Notes under the pieces: model-generated
Told to the model about the DNA's origin: nothing
What the model saw: only the letters and a program-made list of their open reading frames with translations
The model's database searches: none
Assembly (NCBI GenBank): GCA_963695225.1
Contig: OY968762.1
Location: forward strand, 800,001 to 864,000
Direction of reading: 5' to 3'
Length of the DNA stretch: 64,000 nt
Origin: Vulcanimicrobiota bacterium
Lineage (GTDB): Bacteria > Vulcanimicrobiota > Vulcanimicrobiia > Vulcanimicrobiales > Vulcanimicrobiaceae
Position numbers and translations under genes: made by a program
Shown here: piece after piece, positions 9,854 through 19,671 of the stretch
Position numbering within the stretch: the stretch's first letter is position 1
Layout: each line of letters begins with the position of its first letter

Positions 9854-10367
9854 GCGTACCTCCGATCGGACGATGCTTGGCCTGCATGAGAGCAAGGACG
9901 TTTGCCGGCACGAACGCCGTCACGTCGCCGCCTTGCAGGAAGACTTCTTTGATGAGACTCGAGCTGAGGAACGAGTACCCGGCGTCGGACATCAGGAACA
10001 TCGTATCGACGTCGGCCAGGGAGCGGTTCATGTGCGCGAACGCCATCTCGTTCTCGAAATCCGAGACGACGCGCAGGCCCTTCACGATCACGTCGATCTT
10101 CTCTTGAACGACGAAATCGGCCAAGAGCCCGCGAAAGTGCGAGACGCGCACGTTCGGATGCGACGCGACGCACGCGCGCAGCATCGTCTCTCGCTCGTCG
10201 AGCGAGAAGAACGGGTCGCGCTTCTGCGGGTTCACCACCACGGCGACCGTCACGAGCGGGAAGATCGCGGCCGCGCGTACGATGATGTCGAGGTGGCCGT
10301 TCGTCGGCGGATCGAACGAGCCGGGGCAACAAGCGTGCGCTCGAACGATCTCGTTACTGCTCTGCAT
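9828..10367 (-). CDS. coaD: Phosphopantetheine adenylyltransferase
   Basis: PGSFDPPTNGHLDII, KGLRVVSDFENE, FLSSSLIKE. Confidence 0.95.
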   Translation of the reverse strand: MQSSNEIVRAHACCPGSFDPPTNGHLDIIVRAAAIFPLVTVAVVVNPQKRDPFFSLDERETMLRACVASHPNVRVSHFRGLLADFVVQEKIDVIVKGLRVVSDFENEMAFAHMNRSLADVDTMFLMSDAGYSFLSSSLIKEVFLQGGDVTAFVPANVLALMQAKHRPIGGTHVDLPRHR

Positions 10368-10902
10368 CGACCGCCAAGAATTGCAAGGTCACTTCTCCAT
10401 AATGGGCTTCGCGCACGGCCGAGAACCCCGGCCCCGCAAGGGCTGGAGCGCCCGTGCGCCGTTCGTAGACGAGCGTCGTGCCGGCGTCGATCGCGCCGCG
10501 CTCGCGCAGCGCTGCGAAGACCGCGAGCGGCGGCTCCTGCGCGTACGGCGGATCTGCGTAGACGATATCGAAGCGTCCGCTCAAACGCGCGACCGCGCGC
10601 TTCGCGGAAGTCGGGAGGACGGCGATGCGGTCTCGAAGTTCGAGACGTTCCGCCGTCGCTTTGATTGCGGCGGCCGTCGGCGCGTGCATCTCCACGAACG
10701 TAACGTACGCCGCGCCGCGCGAAAGGGCCTCGAACCCGATCGCGCCGCTCCCCGCGAACAGATCCAGAACGCGCGCATCGACGATGCGCGTGCCGAGGAT
10801 CGAGAAGAGCGCCTCTTTCACTTTGCCGGGCGTCGGCCGGACAGCGAGGCCGCGGGGGGTGGGAATCGAACGGTTGCGCAGCGTTCCGCCGCTCAGCCGC
10901 AT
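10354..10902 (-). CDS. rsmD: 16S rRNA m2G966 methyltransferase RsmD
   Basis: RPTPGKVKEALFSIL, LDLFAGSGAIGFEALSRGA, DPPY, HYG. Confidence 0.92.
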   Translation of the reverse strand: MRLSGGTLRNRSIPTPRGLAVRPTPGKVKEALFSILGTRIVDARVLDLFAGSGAIGFEALSRGAAYVTFVEMHAPTAAAIKATAERLELRDRIAVLPTSAKRAVARLSGRFDIVYADPPYAQEPPLAVFAALRERGAIDAGTTLVYERRTGAPALAGPGFSAVREAHYGEVTLQFLAVDAEQ

Positions 10903-10991
10903 CGTGCATCCCCACGCGCGATCGTCATTCAGTTCCATTCGCCGCTCCTTCTTCCGCACCTCGGCGGCCGGCCGCTCGCACGCGCGGCGCG

Positions 10992-11042
10992 TTGACCACA
11001 GCTTGTGGATAACGAGCTGTGGATAGCATGAGGATATCCACA
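10992..11042. promoter_or_regulatory. Cluster of four DnaA boxes
   Basis: TTGACCACA 10992-11000, TGTGGATAA 11004-11012 (perfect), TGTGGATAG 11018-11026, ATATCCACA 11034-11042. Confidence 0.75.
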
Positions 11043-11166
11043 GCGAGCGCCGTACGATCGTCGAGCCGGCTTTCGTCTCGCTCTGCTTGTGGACGCTCGT
11101 GCTCGTCGCGTGCGATGCGTGACCGCGTTGATGCGCATCGGCAGCGCCGAGCGTCGAGACGGCGGT

Positions 11167-13272
11167 CTAACTGCTCACGAGCGTGGCGCGCGCGCTCGCG
11201 TCGTCGTCGGCGAGAGCGCGCAGCGCGCGGTGTTCGGGACGGGCGAGGAACGGATCGGCGGCGACGAGTGCGTCGGCATCGGCTTTCGCTTGCATGTAGA
11301 GCGCGAAATCGTTGACGACGCTGCCGAGCAAGCCGGCGGCGCCGCCGGACTGTTCGGTGCCGGCGAACTCGCCCTCGCCGCGCAGGCGCAGGTCGGCTTC
11401 GGCGATCTCGAAACCGTCCGTCGTCTTCGCGAGGATCGAGAGGCGCTCGACGAACGCCATGTCGTCCGGCGCGACCAGCAGGCAATACGAACGCTCGGCT
11501 CCGCGGCCCACGCGCCCGCGCAACTGGTGCAACTGCGCGAGGCCGTAACGATGCGCGTCGAGGATCACCATCACGGTCGAGTTCGGAACGTCGACGCCGA
11601 CTTCGACGACGGTCGTAGCCAGCAGCACGTCGATCTCGCCGCGGACGAAGCGCCCCATCACGGCATCCTTCTCGCGCGAGCCGAGCCGGCCGTGGATCAA
11701 GCCGACGCGCAGATCCGGGAAGACGCGCGTCTCGAGCTCTTCGAGCTCTTCGATCGCGCTCGTCAGCTCGGATTCGGATTGATCGATCGCGGGCGCGACG
11801 ACGTAAGCCTGGCGCCCGAGCGCGACGTTCTTGCGCACGAAATCGTAAGCGAGCGACTTGCGGCTCTCCCGCAGGACGTACGTCTCGATCGGCGTGCGGC
11901 CGGGCGGCAGCTCGTCGACGATCGAGAGATCGAGATCCGCGTAGCGCGTCTGCGCGAGCGTGCGAGGGATCGGCGTGGCGGTCATGTAGAGCGTGTGCGG
12001 GGCGCGACTCTTCCCGCGCAACTTCGCGCGCTGCGCGACGCCGAAGCGGTGCTGCTCGTCGATGACGACCAGCCCGAGGTTCGCGAACGTCACGTCGTCG
12101 GTGAGGAGCGCGTGCGTTCCGACGGCGAGATCGCATTCGCCGCTGCCGATGCGCGCGAGCGCCGTTTCGCGCGCGCGCGCGCCGATGCTGCCGAACAGCG
12201 CCTCCGTGCGGATGCCGTACGGCAGCAACAGCGGCGAGAGTTTGGCCGCGTGCTGCGAGGCGAGGATCTCCGTCGGAGCCATCAGCGCCGATTGCACGCC
12301 CGCCCGCGCGGCGAGCACGATCGCGGCCGCCGCGACGAGCGTCTTCCCGCTCCCGACGTCGCCTTGCAAGAGACGGTTCATCGGGGCGGGGCGCGCCATA
12401 TCGCCCCACAGCTCTCGGATGACGCGGCGCTGCGCCCCCGTCGGCGGGAACGGCAGTTCCGCCGTGAACGTCTCCCACAATCCCGCGGGAGCGACCAGCG
12501 GGACGGCACCGCCTGCGGCGCTGCGTTGCGCGCGTTTGAGCGCGGCGGCGAGCGCGATCCCGAAGAACTCCTCGTAGATCAGCCGCTCGCGCGCGGCGCT
12601 CGCGGCGTCGAGCGTCGGCGGGCGGTGCACGGTGCGCCAGGCTTCGCGCAGCGGCGGGTAGCCGCGCCGCGCGAGCACGTCCGGCGGGAGCGTTTCGCGC
12701 AAGAGCCCTTCGAGTGCGGAGAGGTTGCGTTCGATGAGCGTGGCGATCGTGCGGGACGTGACCTCTTTGCTCGCGCGGTAGACCGGGACGATCGCGCCCG
12801 CATAGACGTCGTCCGGGCCCATGATCCGGTGGCTCAGCACGTTGATCTCGACGCCGAGCGAACCGCGCCGGCGCTTGACCTGCGCGCGCCCGTGCACGAA
12901 GATGCGATCGCCGGCGGCGAGCTTCCCGGCGAGGCCGCGACGGCCGAACCAGCTCGCTTTGATGCGCCCCGTGCCGTCGTCGATTTCGGCCGTGACGATC
13001 TGCACGCGCCCGCGGAATTCACTCGCGCCGACGATCGTGCCCACGATGATGTCCTCAAACGAGTCGGCGTCCTCGGGGCTGCGCGCGCGTTCGAGGGCGG
13101 TTTGCATGACCTGCGCGATCGGCGTGGGCGTGCGCCAATCTTTGTAATCGCGCGGATAGGTCGTCGCGAGATCGAGGGGCGTGCGGATCTCGAGCGCTTC
13201 GAGCTTGCGCGCGAGTTCGGGCCCGACGCCGCGCAGTTCGCGCAGCGTCCGAGGGCCCGCGGCGGGGGCTAC
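11167..13272 (-). CDS. recG: ATP-dependent DNA helicase RecG (start codon unclear)
   Basis: LRGVGP..YPRDY N-terminus, [59 protein letters not shown]. Confidence 0.95.
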   Translation of the reverse strand, partial: VAPAAGPRTLRELRGVGPELARKLEALEIRTPLDLATTYPRDYKDWRTPTPIAQVMQTALERARSPEDADSFEDIIVGTIVGASEFRGRVQIVTAEIDDGTGRIKASWFGRRGLAGKLAAGDRIFVHGRAQVKRRRGSLGVEINVLSHRIMGPDDVYAGAIVPVYRASKEVTSRTIATLIERNLSALEGLLRETLPPDVLARRGYPPLREAWRTVHRPPTLDAASAARERLIYEEFFGIALAAALKRAQRSAAGGAVPLVAPAGLWETFTAELPFPPTGAQRRVIRELWGDMARPAPMNRLLQGDVGSGKTLVAAAAIVLAARAGVQSALMAPTEILASQHAAKLSPLLLPYGIRTEALFGSIGARARETALARIGSGECDLAVGTHALLTDDVTFANLGLVVIDEQHRFGVAQRAKLRGKSRAPHTLYMTATPIPRTLAQTRYADLDLSIVDELPPGRTPIETYVLRESRKSLAYDFVRKNVALGRQAYVVAPAIDQSESELTSAIEELEELETRVFPDLRVGLIHGRLGSREKDAVMGRFVRGEIDVLLATTVVEVGVDVPNSTVMVILDAHRYGLAQLHQLRGRVGRGAERSYCLLVAPDDMAFVERLSILAKTTDGFEIAEADLRLRGEGEFAGTEQSGGAAGLLGSVVNDFALYMQAKADADALVAADPFLARPEHRALRALADDDASARATLVSS

Positions 13273-13904
13273 TTCGCGCGGCGTAACAGTTCTTCGCCCA
13301 CGTCGTCGAGCGCGACGCCGCGTTCCGCGAGCAGCACCTGCAGGTGGAAGAGCAGGTCGGCGCTCTCCCACTTCAGCTCGTCCTTCGACGCGTTCTTCGC
13401 GGCGATCACGACTTCGGTCGCTTCCTCGCCGATCTTCTTGCAGATCCGGTCGACGCCGTCGTGCAGGAGCTTCGCGACGTAGCTCTGCGCGGGATCTGCG
13501 CTGCGGCGCCGTTCGATGACCGCTTCGAGATGGCGCAAGGCGCGTTCGATGGTGCCCGGCTCGGGGTAAGCGGCCCGCGGCGGTTCGCCGGCGAGCGTCC
13601 TCTCGAAGCAGGTGGGGGCGCCGGTATGGCAAGCGGGGCCGGCGGGCTCGACGCGGTAGAGGAGGGCGTCGCCGTCGCAATCGACGTCGACTCCGGCAAC
13701 GCGTTGCGTGTTCCCGGAGGTTTCACCCTTGCGCCACAGCGCTTTGCGCGAACGGCTGTAGAGCCAGGTCGTGCGCTCCGCGAGCGTGCGTTCGAGCGCT
13801 TCGCGATTCGCGTAGGCCAGCGTCAGGACGCGTCCGCTCGCGGCATCCTGGATGACGACGGGCAGCAGCCCGTCCGCTCCCCATTCGAGTTCATCGATCG
13901 ACAT
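13269..13904 (-). CDS. hisIE: Bifunctional phosphoribosyl-AMP cyclohydrolase / phosphoribosyl-ATP pyrophosphatase
   Basis: [48 protein letters not shown]. Confidence 0.95.
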   Translation of the reverse strand: MSIDELEWGADGLLPVVIQDAASGRVLTLAYANREALERTLAERTTWLYSRSRKALWRKGETSGNTQRVAGVDVDCDGDALLYRVEPAGPACHTGAPTCFERTLAGEPPRAAYPEPGTIERALRHLEAVIERRRSADPAQSYVAKLLHDGVDRICKKIGEEATEVVIAAKNASKDELKWESADLLFHLQVLLAERGVALDDVGEELLRRAK

Positions 13905-14676
13905 GATCGTGATGTACGATGGGCCGAATCGGGATTCCGCGCGATGCAAGCTCCGCCTTGAGCGCGCCGATATCCAGCTCGCCGAAATGGAACAGCGAGG
14001 CGGCGAGCGCGGCGTCGGCGCCGGCGGCGAACGCCTCGGCGAAGTGCTCCGGCGTCCCGGCGCCGCCCGAGGCGATCACCGGCACCTCGACCGCCCCGTG
14101 GATCGCTTGCGTCAATTCCAGATCGAAGCCGGCCTTCGTGCCGTCGGCGTCCATGCTCGTGAGCAGGATCTCCCCCGCGCCGAGCGCCGTCGCCTCGCGC
14201 GCCCATTCGACCGCGTCGCGCCCCGTCGGCGTGCGCCCGCCGTCGATCACGACCTCCCAGCCCGGCGCGCCGTGCCGCCGCCGCGCGTCGATCGCGAGCA
14301 CCACGCATTGGCTGCCGAACTCGTCGGCGGCGCGGCGCAGCACGTTCGGATCGCGCAGGGCCGCGCTGTTGATCGAGACCTTGTCGCAGCCCGCGCGCAG
14401 CAGATCGCGCACGTCGTCCGCGCTGCGCACGCCGCCGCCGACCGCGAACGGGATCGTGAGCTCCGCCGCGACCGCTCGCACGACGTCGAGCATCGCGCGC
14501 CGCCCTTCGATCGTCGCCGTGATGTCGAGGAAGACGACTTCGTCGGCGCCGCGCGCTTCGTAGATGCGGGCGAGCGCGACGGGATCCCCCGCGTCGACGA
14601 GTTCCAGGAAGCGGATCCCCTTGACGACGCGCCCCGCCTTGATGTCGAGACAGGGGATGATGCGCTTGGCGAGCAC
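13891..14676 (-). CDS. hisF: Imidazole glycerol phosphate synthase subunit HisF
   Basis: [42 protein letters not shown]. Confidence 0.97.
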   Translation of the reverse strand: MLAKRIIPCLDIKAGRVVKGIRFLELVDAGDPVALARIYEARGADEVVFLDITATIEGRRAMLDVVRAVAAELTIPFAVGGGVRSADDVRDLLRAGCDKVSINSAALRDPNVLRRAADEFGSQCVVLAIDARRRHGAPGWEVVIDGGRTPTGRDAVEWAREATALGAGEILLTSMDADGTKAGFDLELTQAIHGAVEVPVIASGGAGTPEHFAEAFAAGADAALAASLFHFGELDIGALKAELASRGIPIRPIVHHDHVDR

Positions 14677-14679
14677 GGG

Positions 14680-16086
14680 CTAACGGACCCGTGCCTTCAC
14701 GCCGGCGGGAAGGCCGTCGATCGCGACGACGAGGATCGCGAGGTCGTCTTCGACCTTCCCGCCCGTCAGCGTGCGCACGCGCGTGACGAGCGAATCGGCG
14801 CAGGCCTGCGGCTCGCGCGGACCGTCGCCCAAGAGGCGCATGGCGCCCGTATCCTCGAGGAGCCGCCCCTTGCGGTCGCGCGCCTCCGTCAGACCGTCGG
14901 TCGCGAGCAGGATGAGGTCTCCGCGGGAGAGCGCCAGCGTGCGCGTTTCGTAACCGAACGAGGGGTCGAGCCCGATGATCGGGCCCGTCACGTCGAGCTG
15001 AGTCACGTTCCCGCCGCGGCGCAGGAACGCGCCCGCGTGCCCGGCGCTCGCGTACTCCAGTTCCATTTTCGGGATGTCCAAGATGCCGACGAAGCACACG
15101 ACGAACAGCTGCGGGTTCTTGATCGTGTCCAGGAAGACGCGGTTGAACGCACCGAGGATGTGCGCCGGGTTCGGATCGCTCACGGCGAGCGCGCGGATCG
15201 AATACTTGACGAAGGCCGTATTGACGGCCGCCTCGATCCCCTTGCCGCTGACGTCGGCCACGATCAGGAGGGCGCGGCCCTCCCCCAGCCGGCGGACGTC
15301 GAAGAGGTCGCCGCCGACCGAGACGTCACGCGTCGCCGAGATGTAGGCCGTCCCCACGCGGGTCCCGGCGAGCTCGTCCCAGCCGGTGCGGAACGCGCCT
15401 TGGAGCGTTTCCGTGATGCCGCGCTCGCGATCGATTTGCGCGAGCATGCGGGCCCGCGAGCCGACGAAGACGATGCCGAACGCGCCGAACAGGATGATCA
15501 GCCCGAGCGCGACGACGAGCGTTTGATTGATGTGGACCTTCAGATCGCGCTGAGCCTTCTGCTCGCGCTCGTCGAGAAGCGCGCGCACGCCCGTCGCATC
15601 GGCCTGGACCTGATCGCTGAGGACCTTCCCGATCTTCTGCAGGTCGCGCGACTTGTTCGCGGTCCGCGGCCTTTCCAGGAGCGGACGGGCGACTTGTTCG
15701 ATCCACTCCCGGTTGAGCTGCCGCATCTCGTCGAAAGCGGCTTCGAGTTCCGTGATGTCCAGGGGTGCCGTCGCATCTTTCAGGCGCGTGATCGCCTGAT
15801 CGAAGCTGTCGACGGCCGTCACGTACGGCGAGAGATACGACTCGTCGTTCGTCGCGAGGTAGCCGCGCAAGCCGTTATCTTCTTGAAGTTGCAAGCGCAG
15901 GACGGCATCGAGCGTCTGCTCCGCGCGCGAGAGCGTCCGTTGCAGCGCGGCCGAGGAATCGAGCTGCCGGTAGATGCCGAGCGCGGTGAGAAGCGCGATG
16001 ACGAGCGCAAATACGAGGAGCGCCCCGAGCGTTAACGCTCCGCGCCGATTCGACTCACGATATGCGATCCGTCGGAGCTCTAGCAT
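14680..16086 (-). CDS. Membrane sensor PP2C (SpoIIE/RsbU-like) phosphatase with a CHASE3-like domain
   Basis: Two TMs flanking LRGYLATNDESYLSPY; VGGDLFD, ADVSGKG, ATDGLTEA, EDDLA. Confidence 0.88.
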   Translation of the reverse strand: MLELRRIAYRESNRRGALTLGALLVFALVIALLTALGIYRQLDSSAALQRTLSRAEQTLDAVLRLQLQEDNGLRGYLATNDESYLSPYVTAVDSFDQAITRLKDATAPLDITELEAAFDEMRQLNREWIEQVARPLLERPRTANKSRDLQKIGKVLSDQVQADATGVRALLDEREQKAQRDLKVHINQTLVVALGLIILFGAFGIVFVGSRARMLAQIDRERGITETLQGAFRTGWDELAGTRVGTAYISATRDVSVGGDLFDVRRLGEGRALLIVADVSGKGIEAAVNTAFVKYSIRALAVSDPNPAHILGAFNRVFLDTIKNPQLFVVCFVGILDIPKMELEYASAGHAGAFLRRGGNVTQLDVTGPIIGLDPSFGYETRTLALSRGDLILLATDGLTEARDRKGRLLEDTGAMRLLGDGPREPQACADSLVTRVRTLTGGKVEDDLAILVVAIDGLPAGVKARVR

Positions 16087-16105
16087 CGTTCTGGGGGGTT
16101 CAACG

Positions 16106-16177
16106 AGGCGACGCCCAGATTCGAACTGGGGAATAGAGCTTTTGCAGAGCTCCGCCTTACCACTTGGCTACGTCGCC
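16106..16177 (-). tRNA. tRNA-Cys(GCA)
   Basis: GGCGACGTAGCCAAGTGGTAAGGC GGAGCT CTGCAAA AGCTC...GTTCGAATC..CGTCGCCT cloverleaf; CCA not encoded. Confidence 0.95.
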
Positions 16178-16216
16178 GTTCGCGCCTATTCACGGCTGTT
16201 TCGGAAGAGCTCCACG

Positions 16217-16287
16217 AGCGGGTGGCGGGAATCGAACCCGCGCGTCAACCTTGGGAAGGTCGCAGGCTACCATTACATCACACCCGC
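16217..16287 (-). tRNA. tRNA-Gly(CCC)
   Basis: GCGGGTGTGATGTAATGGTAGCC..GACCTTCCCAAGGTT..GGTTCGATTCCC..CACCCGCT cloverleaf. Confidence 0.95.
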
Positions 16288-16429
16288 GAGGTGGGCTTCG
16301 GGTTGCGCCGTTCGGTACCGGGCAGCCTCGTCCCCCCAGCCCCGGAACTTTCGGGCTGCCCGCGTTGTATACTCGGTTGGACGGCGTCCTGGCGCGACCG
16401 TCTCGCACTCTTTCTCTAGGAGTTCCTTC

Positions 16430-17026
16430 GTGAAGAAGATTCTCGGCCTGGCGACGGGCTTTGCCCTGTGTGCCTCACTCGCCGCACCGGCGCTCACCTC
16501 GGCGCAAGCCGTGATGCAGACCGCTCCGACCGTGCTCGTCGAAAAGGGCAAGGAAGTGGATGCGGTCCTTCAAGTGCCCCTGAGCAGCAAGACGAACCAC
16601 GACGGCGACCGGTTCACGCTCGCGCAGAAGGATACGTTCTGGCATCGCAAGCCGCAACTCAACGGCGCCTTCATCGACGGGCACGTCGAAAACGTCTCCC
16701 CGGCCGGGCCGATGAAGAAGGCGACGATGAACCTCGTGTTCGACGACATCAAGCTGGCCGACGGAACGAGCGTCCCGCTGAGCGCTAAGCTCATCTCGCT
16801 CAAAGAAGTCGAACCCAAGACGCACGAGCTCCGCGATACGGCGATCATCATCGGATCGGCCGTGGGCGGCCACATGGTCGGCAAGAGCACCGGCGGAACG
16901 GTCGCAGGCGCGGCCGCCGGCGTGGCCTTGGTCCAGACCCTCAAGGACGACATCAAGGTGAAGCAAGGCACGATCCTGCGCCTGAAGCTGCTCCAGCCGA
17001 TCGTGACGGGCGCCGGCAACAGCTAA
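16430..17026 (+). CDS. Hypothetical exported protein
   Basis: AGGAG RBS and GTG start, signal peptide, glycine-zipper-like IIIGSAVGGHMVGKSTGGTVAGAAAG; TATACT -10 upstream. Confidence 0.7.
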   Translation: MKKILGLATGFALCASLAAPALTSAQAVMQTAPTVLVEKGKEVDAVLQVPLSSKTNHDGDRFTLAQKDTFWHRKPQLNGAFIDGHVENVSPAGPMKKATMNLVFDDIKLADGTSVPLSAKLISLKEVEPKTHELRDTAIIIGSAVGGHMVGKSTGGTVAGAAAGVALVQTLKDDIKVKQGTILRLKLLQPIVTGAGNS

Positions 17027-17049
17027 CGCACTTCGCCGGGCTTCCCCTG

Positions 17050-17096
17050 CGACGGGCTCAGGGTGACATGGCGTTCGTGTCATCCTGAGCTCGTCG
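17050..17096. repeat. REP-like palindromic element (21-bp imperfect stem) between convergent genes
   Basis: CGACGGGCTCAGGGTGACATG-gcgtt-CGTGTCATCCTGAGCTCGTCG; all three mismatches are G-U compatible. Confidence 0.65.
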
Positions 17097-17152
17097 AACG
17101 TCATCCTCCGACAATCTCACGCCTCGACGGGCCGGTGTGACGTTGGGATACG

Positions 17153-17821
17153 TTACAGTGCCTCGCCGTAGCGTTCGCGGTGCAGGCGGCGCGCTTGTTC
17201 CACCCAGTGATCGCGCGCAATGCGGTGGCGGAACTCGTGCGCGTGCGAGGCGAACTGGTCCGCGTCCTGTTCCGTCCAGAGCGCGATCTGGCGGTAGTTG
17301 AAGATCCCATACTTGTTCAGCGCGCGCTCGAGCACGGGCCCGATCCCGCGGATCGCGGTGAGATCGTCGCGCAGCGCGATCCCCGGCGTGATCGGGACGG
17401 GCTCCCCGCTCTCTATTTCGTGCAGCAGGCTGCGCATACGCAGCAAATCCGCATCTTTCTTCGCGCTCGCGTCGCGGCTGGCAGCGAGATCGTTCTGCAA
17501 CGCCAGCACGACCGTCGCCGAGAACGTGCCGGGAGCGGCGTAACCGCCCGCCGTCGAGGACGGCACCGGCGGCACACTCGCCGCGGAAGGCCCGCCGGTC
17601 GCGCCCGCCGCGGACGGCGCAGCCTGGGCAACCGGTGCAACCGGCGTAAGCGGCGCTCCGCCGGAACGCGAGGCGCGTTCGGATCCCGCGCGCTCGCGCC
17701 AGGCGCGCTCCTTCTCCTTCAGCGTTCCTTCGAACGACATGCTGCGCAGCGCCCAGCCGATGGCGATGCCGAGCGCGAGCGCCACGACGAGGGTTGCGAG
17801 GGTCTCGAAGACGGACGGCAT
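17153..17821 (-). CDS. Membrane-anchored protein with a C-terminal helix-hairpin-helix domain
   Basis: N-terminal TM, low-complexity linker, DDLTAIRGIGPVLERALNKYGIFNYRQIALWT..RIARDHWVEQAR. Confidence 0.75.
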   Translation of the reverse strand: MPSVFETLATLVVALALGIAIGWALRSMSFEGTLKEKERAWRERAGSERASRSGGAPLTPVAPVAQAAPSAAGATGGPSAASVPPVPSSTAGGYAAPGTFSATVVLALQNDLAASRDASAKKDADLLRMRSLLHEIESGEPVPITPGIALRDDLTAIRGIGPVLERALNKYGIFNYRQIALWTEQDADQFASHAHEFRHRIARDHWVEQARRLHRERYGEAL

Positions 17822-17834
17822 CGCGATCTCTCCC

Positions 17835-18797
17835 CTACTTCACGACGAATTCGATGCGACGGTTCTTCGCGCGACCGTCGGAGTTGGAGTTGTCGGCGAT
17901 CGGGCGCGTATCACCGTAGCCGATCGCGATCGCGTGGTGCGAATCGACCCCCTTACTGAGGAGGTACGCTTTTACGGCCTTCGCGCGGCGTTCGCTGACG
18001 CGCAAGTTCACTTCGCGCGCGCCGACGTTGTCGGTGTGCCCTTCGATGATGAGCCTAGCATCCGGCGAGGCGCGAAGCGCTTGCGCGACCGCGTCGAGCC
18101 CGCGCTCGCATTCGGGCGTGAGTTCGGTGCTCCCCGAATCGAAGTGATTGCACCGAGCGCCGACGGAGCGCGCGATCGCGCCGGCGACGCCCGTCGGCCC
18201 CGGGGTAGCGGGCGCGGCGGTCGGCGCGGACGCGGAGGCGGAGGCCGGGGCGGAGGTCGCGGCAGAGGCCGTCGAGGCGGGGGCGGTAGCCCCCAGCGTG
18301 AGGTCGTCGATGACGGTCACGTTCTCCCCGGCGGCGGCGTTCGCATCGGCGACGAGCTTCGTCTTGACGTCGGCGCTCGGGACTTGGCCGCGCAGCGAGA
18401 CCGTCTCGCCGTCGGCGATCAGGCTGGCCTTGGGGGCATCCTTCCCGAACGCGGGGAGGACGCCGGCGGCGTTCCCGACCCAGCCGGCATTCGCCAACCC
18501 CGGGGCGACGCGCAGGCGGTCCACGACGTTCCCCGCCCCGTAGAGCGTGCGGGCGCGCGCCACGACGGCGTCCCGGATCGCTTGGCTCGGCAAGTCGCCG
18601 TCGAGGAAGACATCTCCGGCGCTCTGGGTGACGTGGAGCGAGGGCTCCGGCGGCGCAGGCGTCTCGCCGGGGGCCGCGGGAGCGCCCGCGACGTTCGTCC
18701 TCGGCGGATGCGCGAAATCGGCGCGGCGCGCGACGCTCCACCAACAGAGCGCGACGAACGCGAGCGATGCCAGGATCAAGACGAACCGATTATTCAC
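17835..18797 (-). CDS. OmpA-family peptidoglycan-binding protein with BON-like domains (ArfA-like architecture)
   Basis: N-terminal TM, two BON-like repeats (VVDRL, VIDDL), EGHTDNVG..NLRVSERRAKAV..GRAKNRRIEF. Confidence 0.85.
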   Translation of the reverse strand: MNNRFVLILASLAFVALCWWSVARRADFAHPPRTNVAGAPAAPGETPAPPEPSLHVTQSAGDVFLDGDLPSQAIRDAVVARARTLYGAGNVVDRLRVAPGLANAGWVGNAAGVLPAFGKDAPKASLIADGETVSLRGQVPSADVKTKLVADANAAAGENVTVIDDLTLGATAPASTASAATSAPASASASAPTAAPATPGPTGVAGAIARSVGARCNHFDSGSTELTPECERGLDAVAQALRASPDARLIIEGHTDNVGAREVNLRVSERRAKAVKAYLLSKGVDSHHAIAIGYGDTRPIADNSNSDGRAKNRRIEFVVK

Positions 18798-18933
18798 TCC
18801 GGAACCGCTTTCAGGGTCAAGTCTCGGTTAAGATCGCGCCCAAGCGCGGGCAACTCTCTAGTATCCGCCCGCGGCGACACTACAATACTAGGACAGGGTC
18901 CGCATCCCCATCTACGAGAGCGAGGAACGTTCC

Positions 18934-19671
18934 GTGCTCCACGCCGTCGCGCCGATCTCCAGCTCCTACCAGCCCGCCTCGGAGTTTACCGAGGCCTTGC
19001 GACGCTTGCTGACGGGGGACGCGCTCCTTTCGCCGCTTTCGCTGATCCGCGAGAACCCGGAGCTGGGCACGGAGCCGGCGCTGATCGAGGAGCGCTTCGA
19101 TGATGCCGACCTGCCGTACCTCTGGGCGGACGGCATCCATCTAGGGGCAGGCCCGCACGGCGAGCGCCGCGTGCTGCTGCTGGTGCTCGGAGCGGACGCT
19201 GCGGGAAACCGCCGGATCGTCGAGATTCGCTGCGTCGAAGCCGAGACGGAGGCGACCTGGCGCGCGCTGTTCGTCGATTTGCGGGTGCGCGGGCTCGAAG
19301 CGCCGGCGCTCATCATCGCGGACGGCACCGCAGGCTTCTGGCGGGCGGCGAGCGCCGTCTACCCGGAATCGAAGCAGCAGTGGTGCTGGCTGCACGTGGA
19401 GCGGCAGATCTTGGATAACTTGAGCGGCCTCGAGCGCAGCCGCGCGCTGACGGCGCTGCGCGGCGTGGCGCGCTCGGTGCGCGAGGACGAAGCACGCGCG
19501 CGCATCACGGCGCTCGCCGACGAGTTGCACCCCAACGCGCCGTTCGTAGCGGCGAGCCTGCGCGCCGAGATCGACCGCCTCGTCGCGTACCTGCGGTTCG
19601 ATACGGAACTTCGGCATTCGCTGCGCACGACGCGTGCCGTGGAAGCGATCTTCCTACCCGTCGCCGTTTAG
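18934..19671 (+). CDS. IS256/Mutator-family transposase-derived protein, catalytic core only
   Basis: YLWADG, LRVRGL, IIADGTAGFW, QQWCWLH, LRTTRAVE; about 245 aa; no terminal inverted repeats seen. Confidence 0.7.
   Translation: MLHAVAPISSSYQPASEFTEALRRLLTGDALLSPLSLIRENPELGTEPALIEERFDDADLPYLWADGIHLGAGPHGERRVLLLVLGADAAGNRRIVEIRCVEAETEATWRALFVDLRVRGLEAPALIIADGTAGFWRAASAVYPESKQQWCWLHVERQILDNLSGLERSRALTALRGVARSVREDEARARITALADELHPNAPFVAASLRAEIDRLVAYLRFDTELRHSLRTTRAVEAIFLPVAV

Noticed and set aside
10960..11166. Definite oriC call
   Set aside because: DnaA boxes are present but there is no AT-rich unwinding element and no dnaA/dnaN nearby; reported only as a box cluster
11089..16035. Long opposite-strand ORFs (11089-13482, 13852-16035; similarly 30936-33194, 40708-42312, 4039-5829)
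   Set aside because: Antisense shadows of real genes in high-GC DNA; Arg/Ala-rich with no motifs
16106..16430. Island integrated at tRNA-Cys/Gly
   Set aside because: No duplicated tRNA 3' end or integrase; core genes follow the tRNA 3' ends directly
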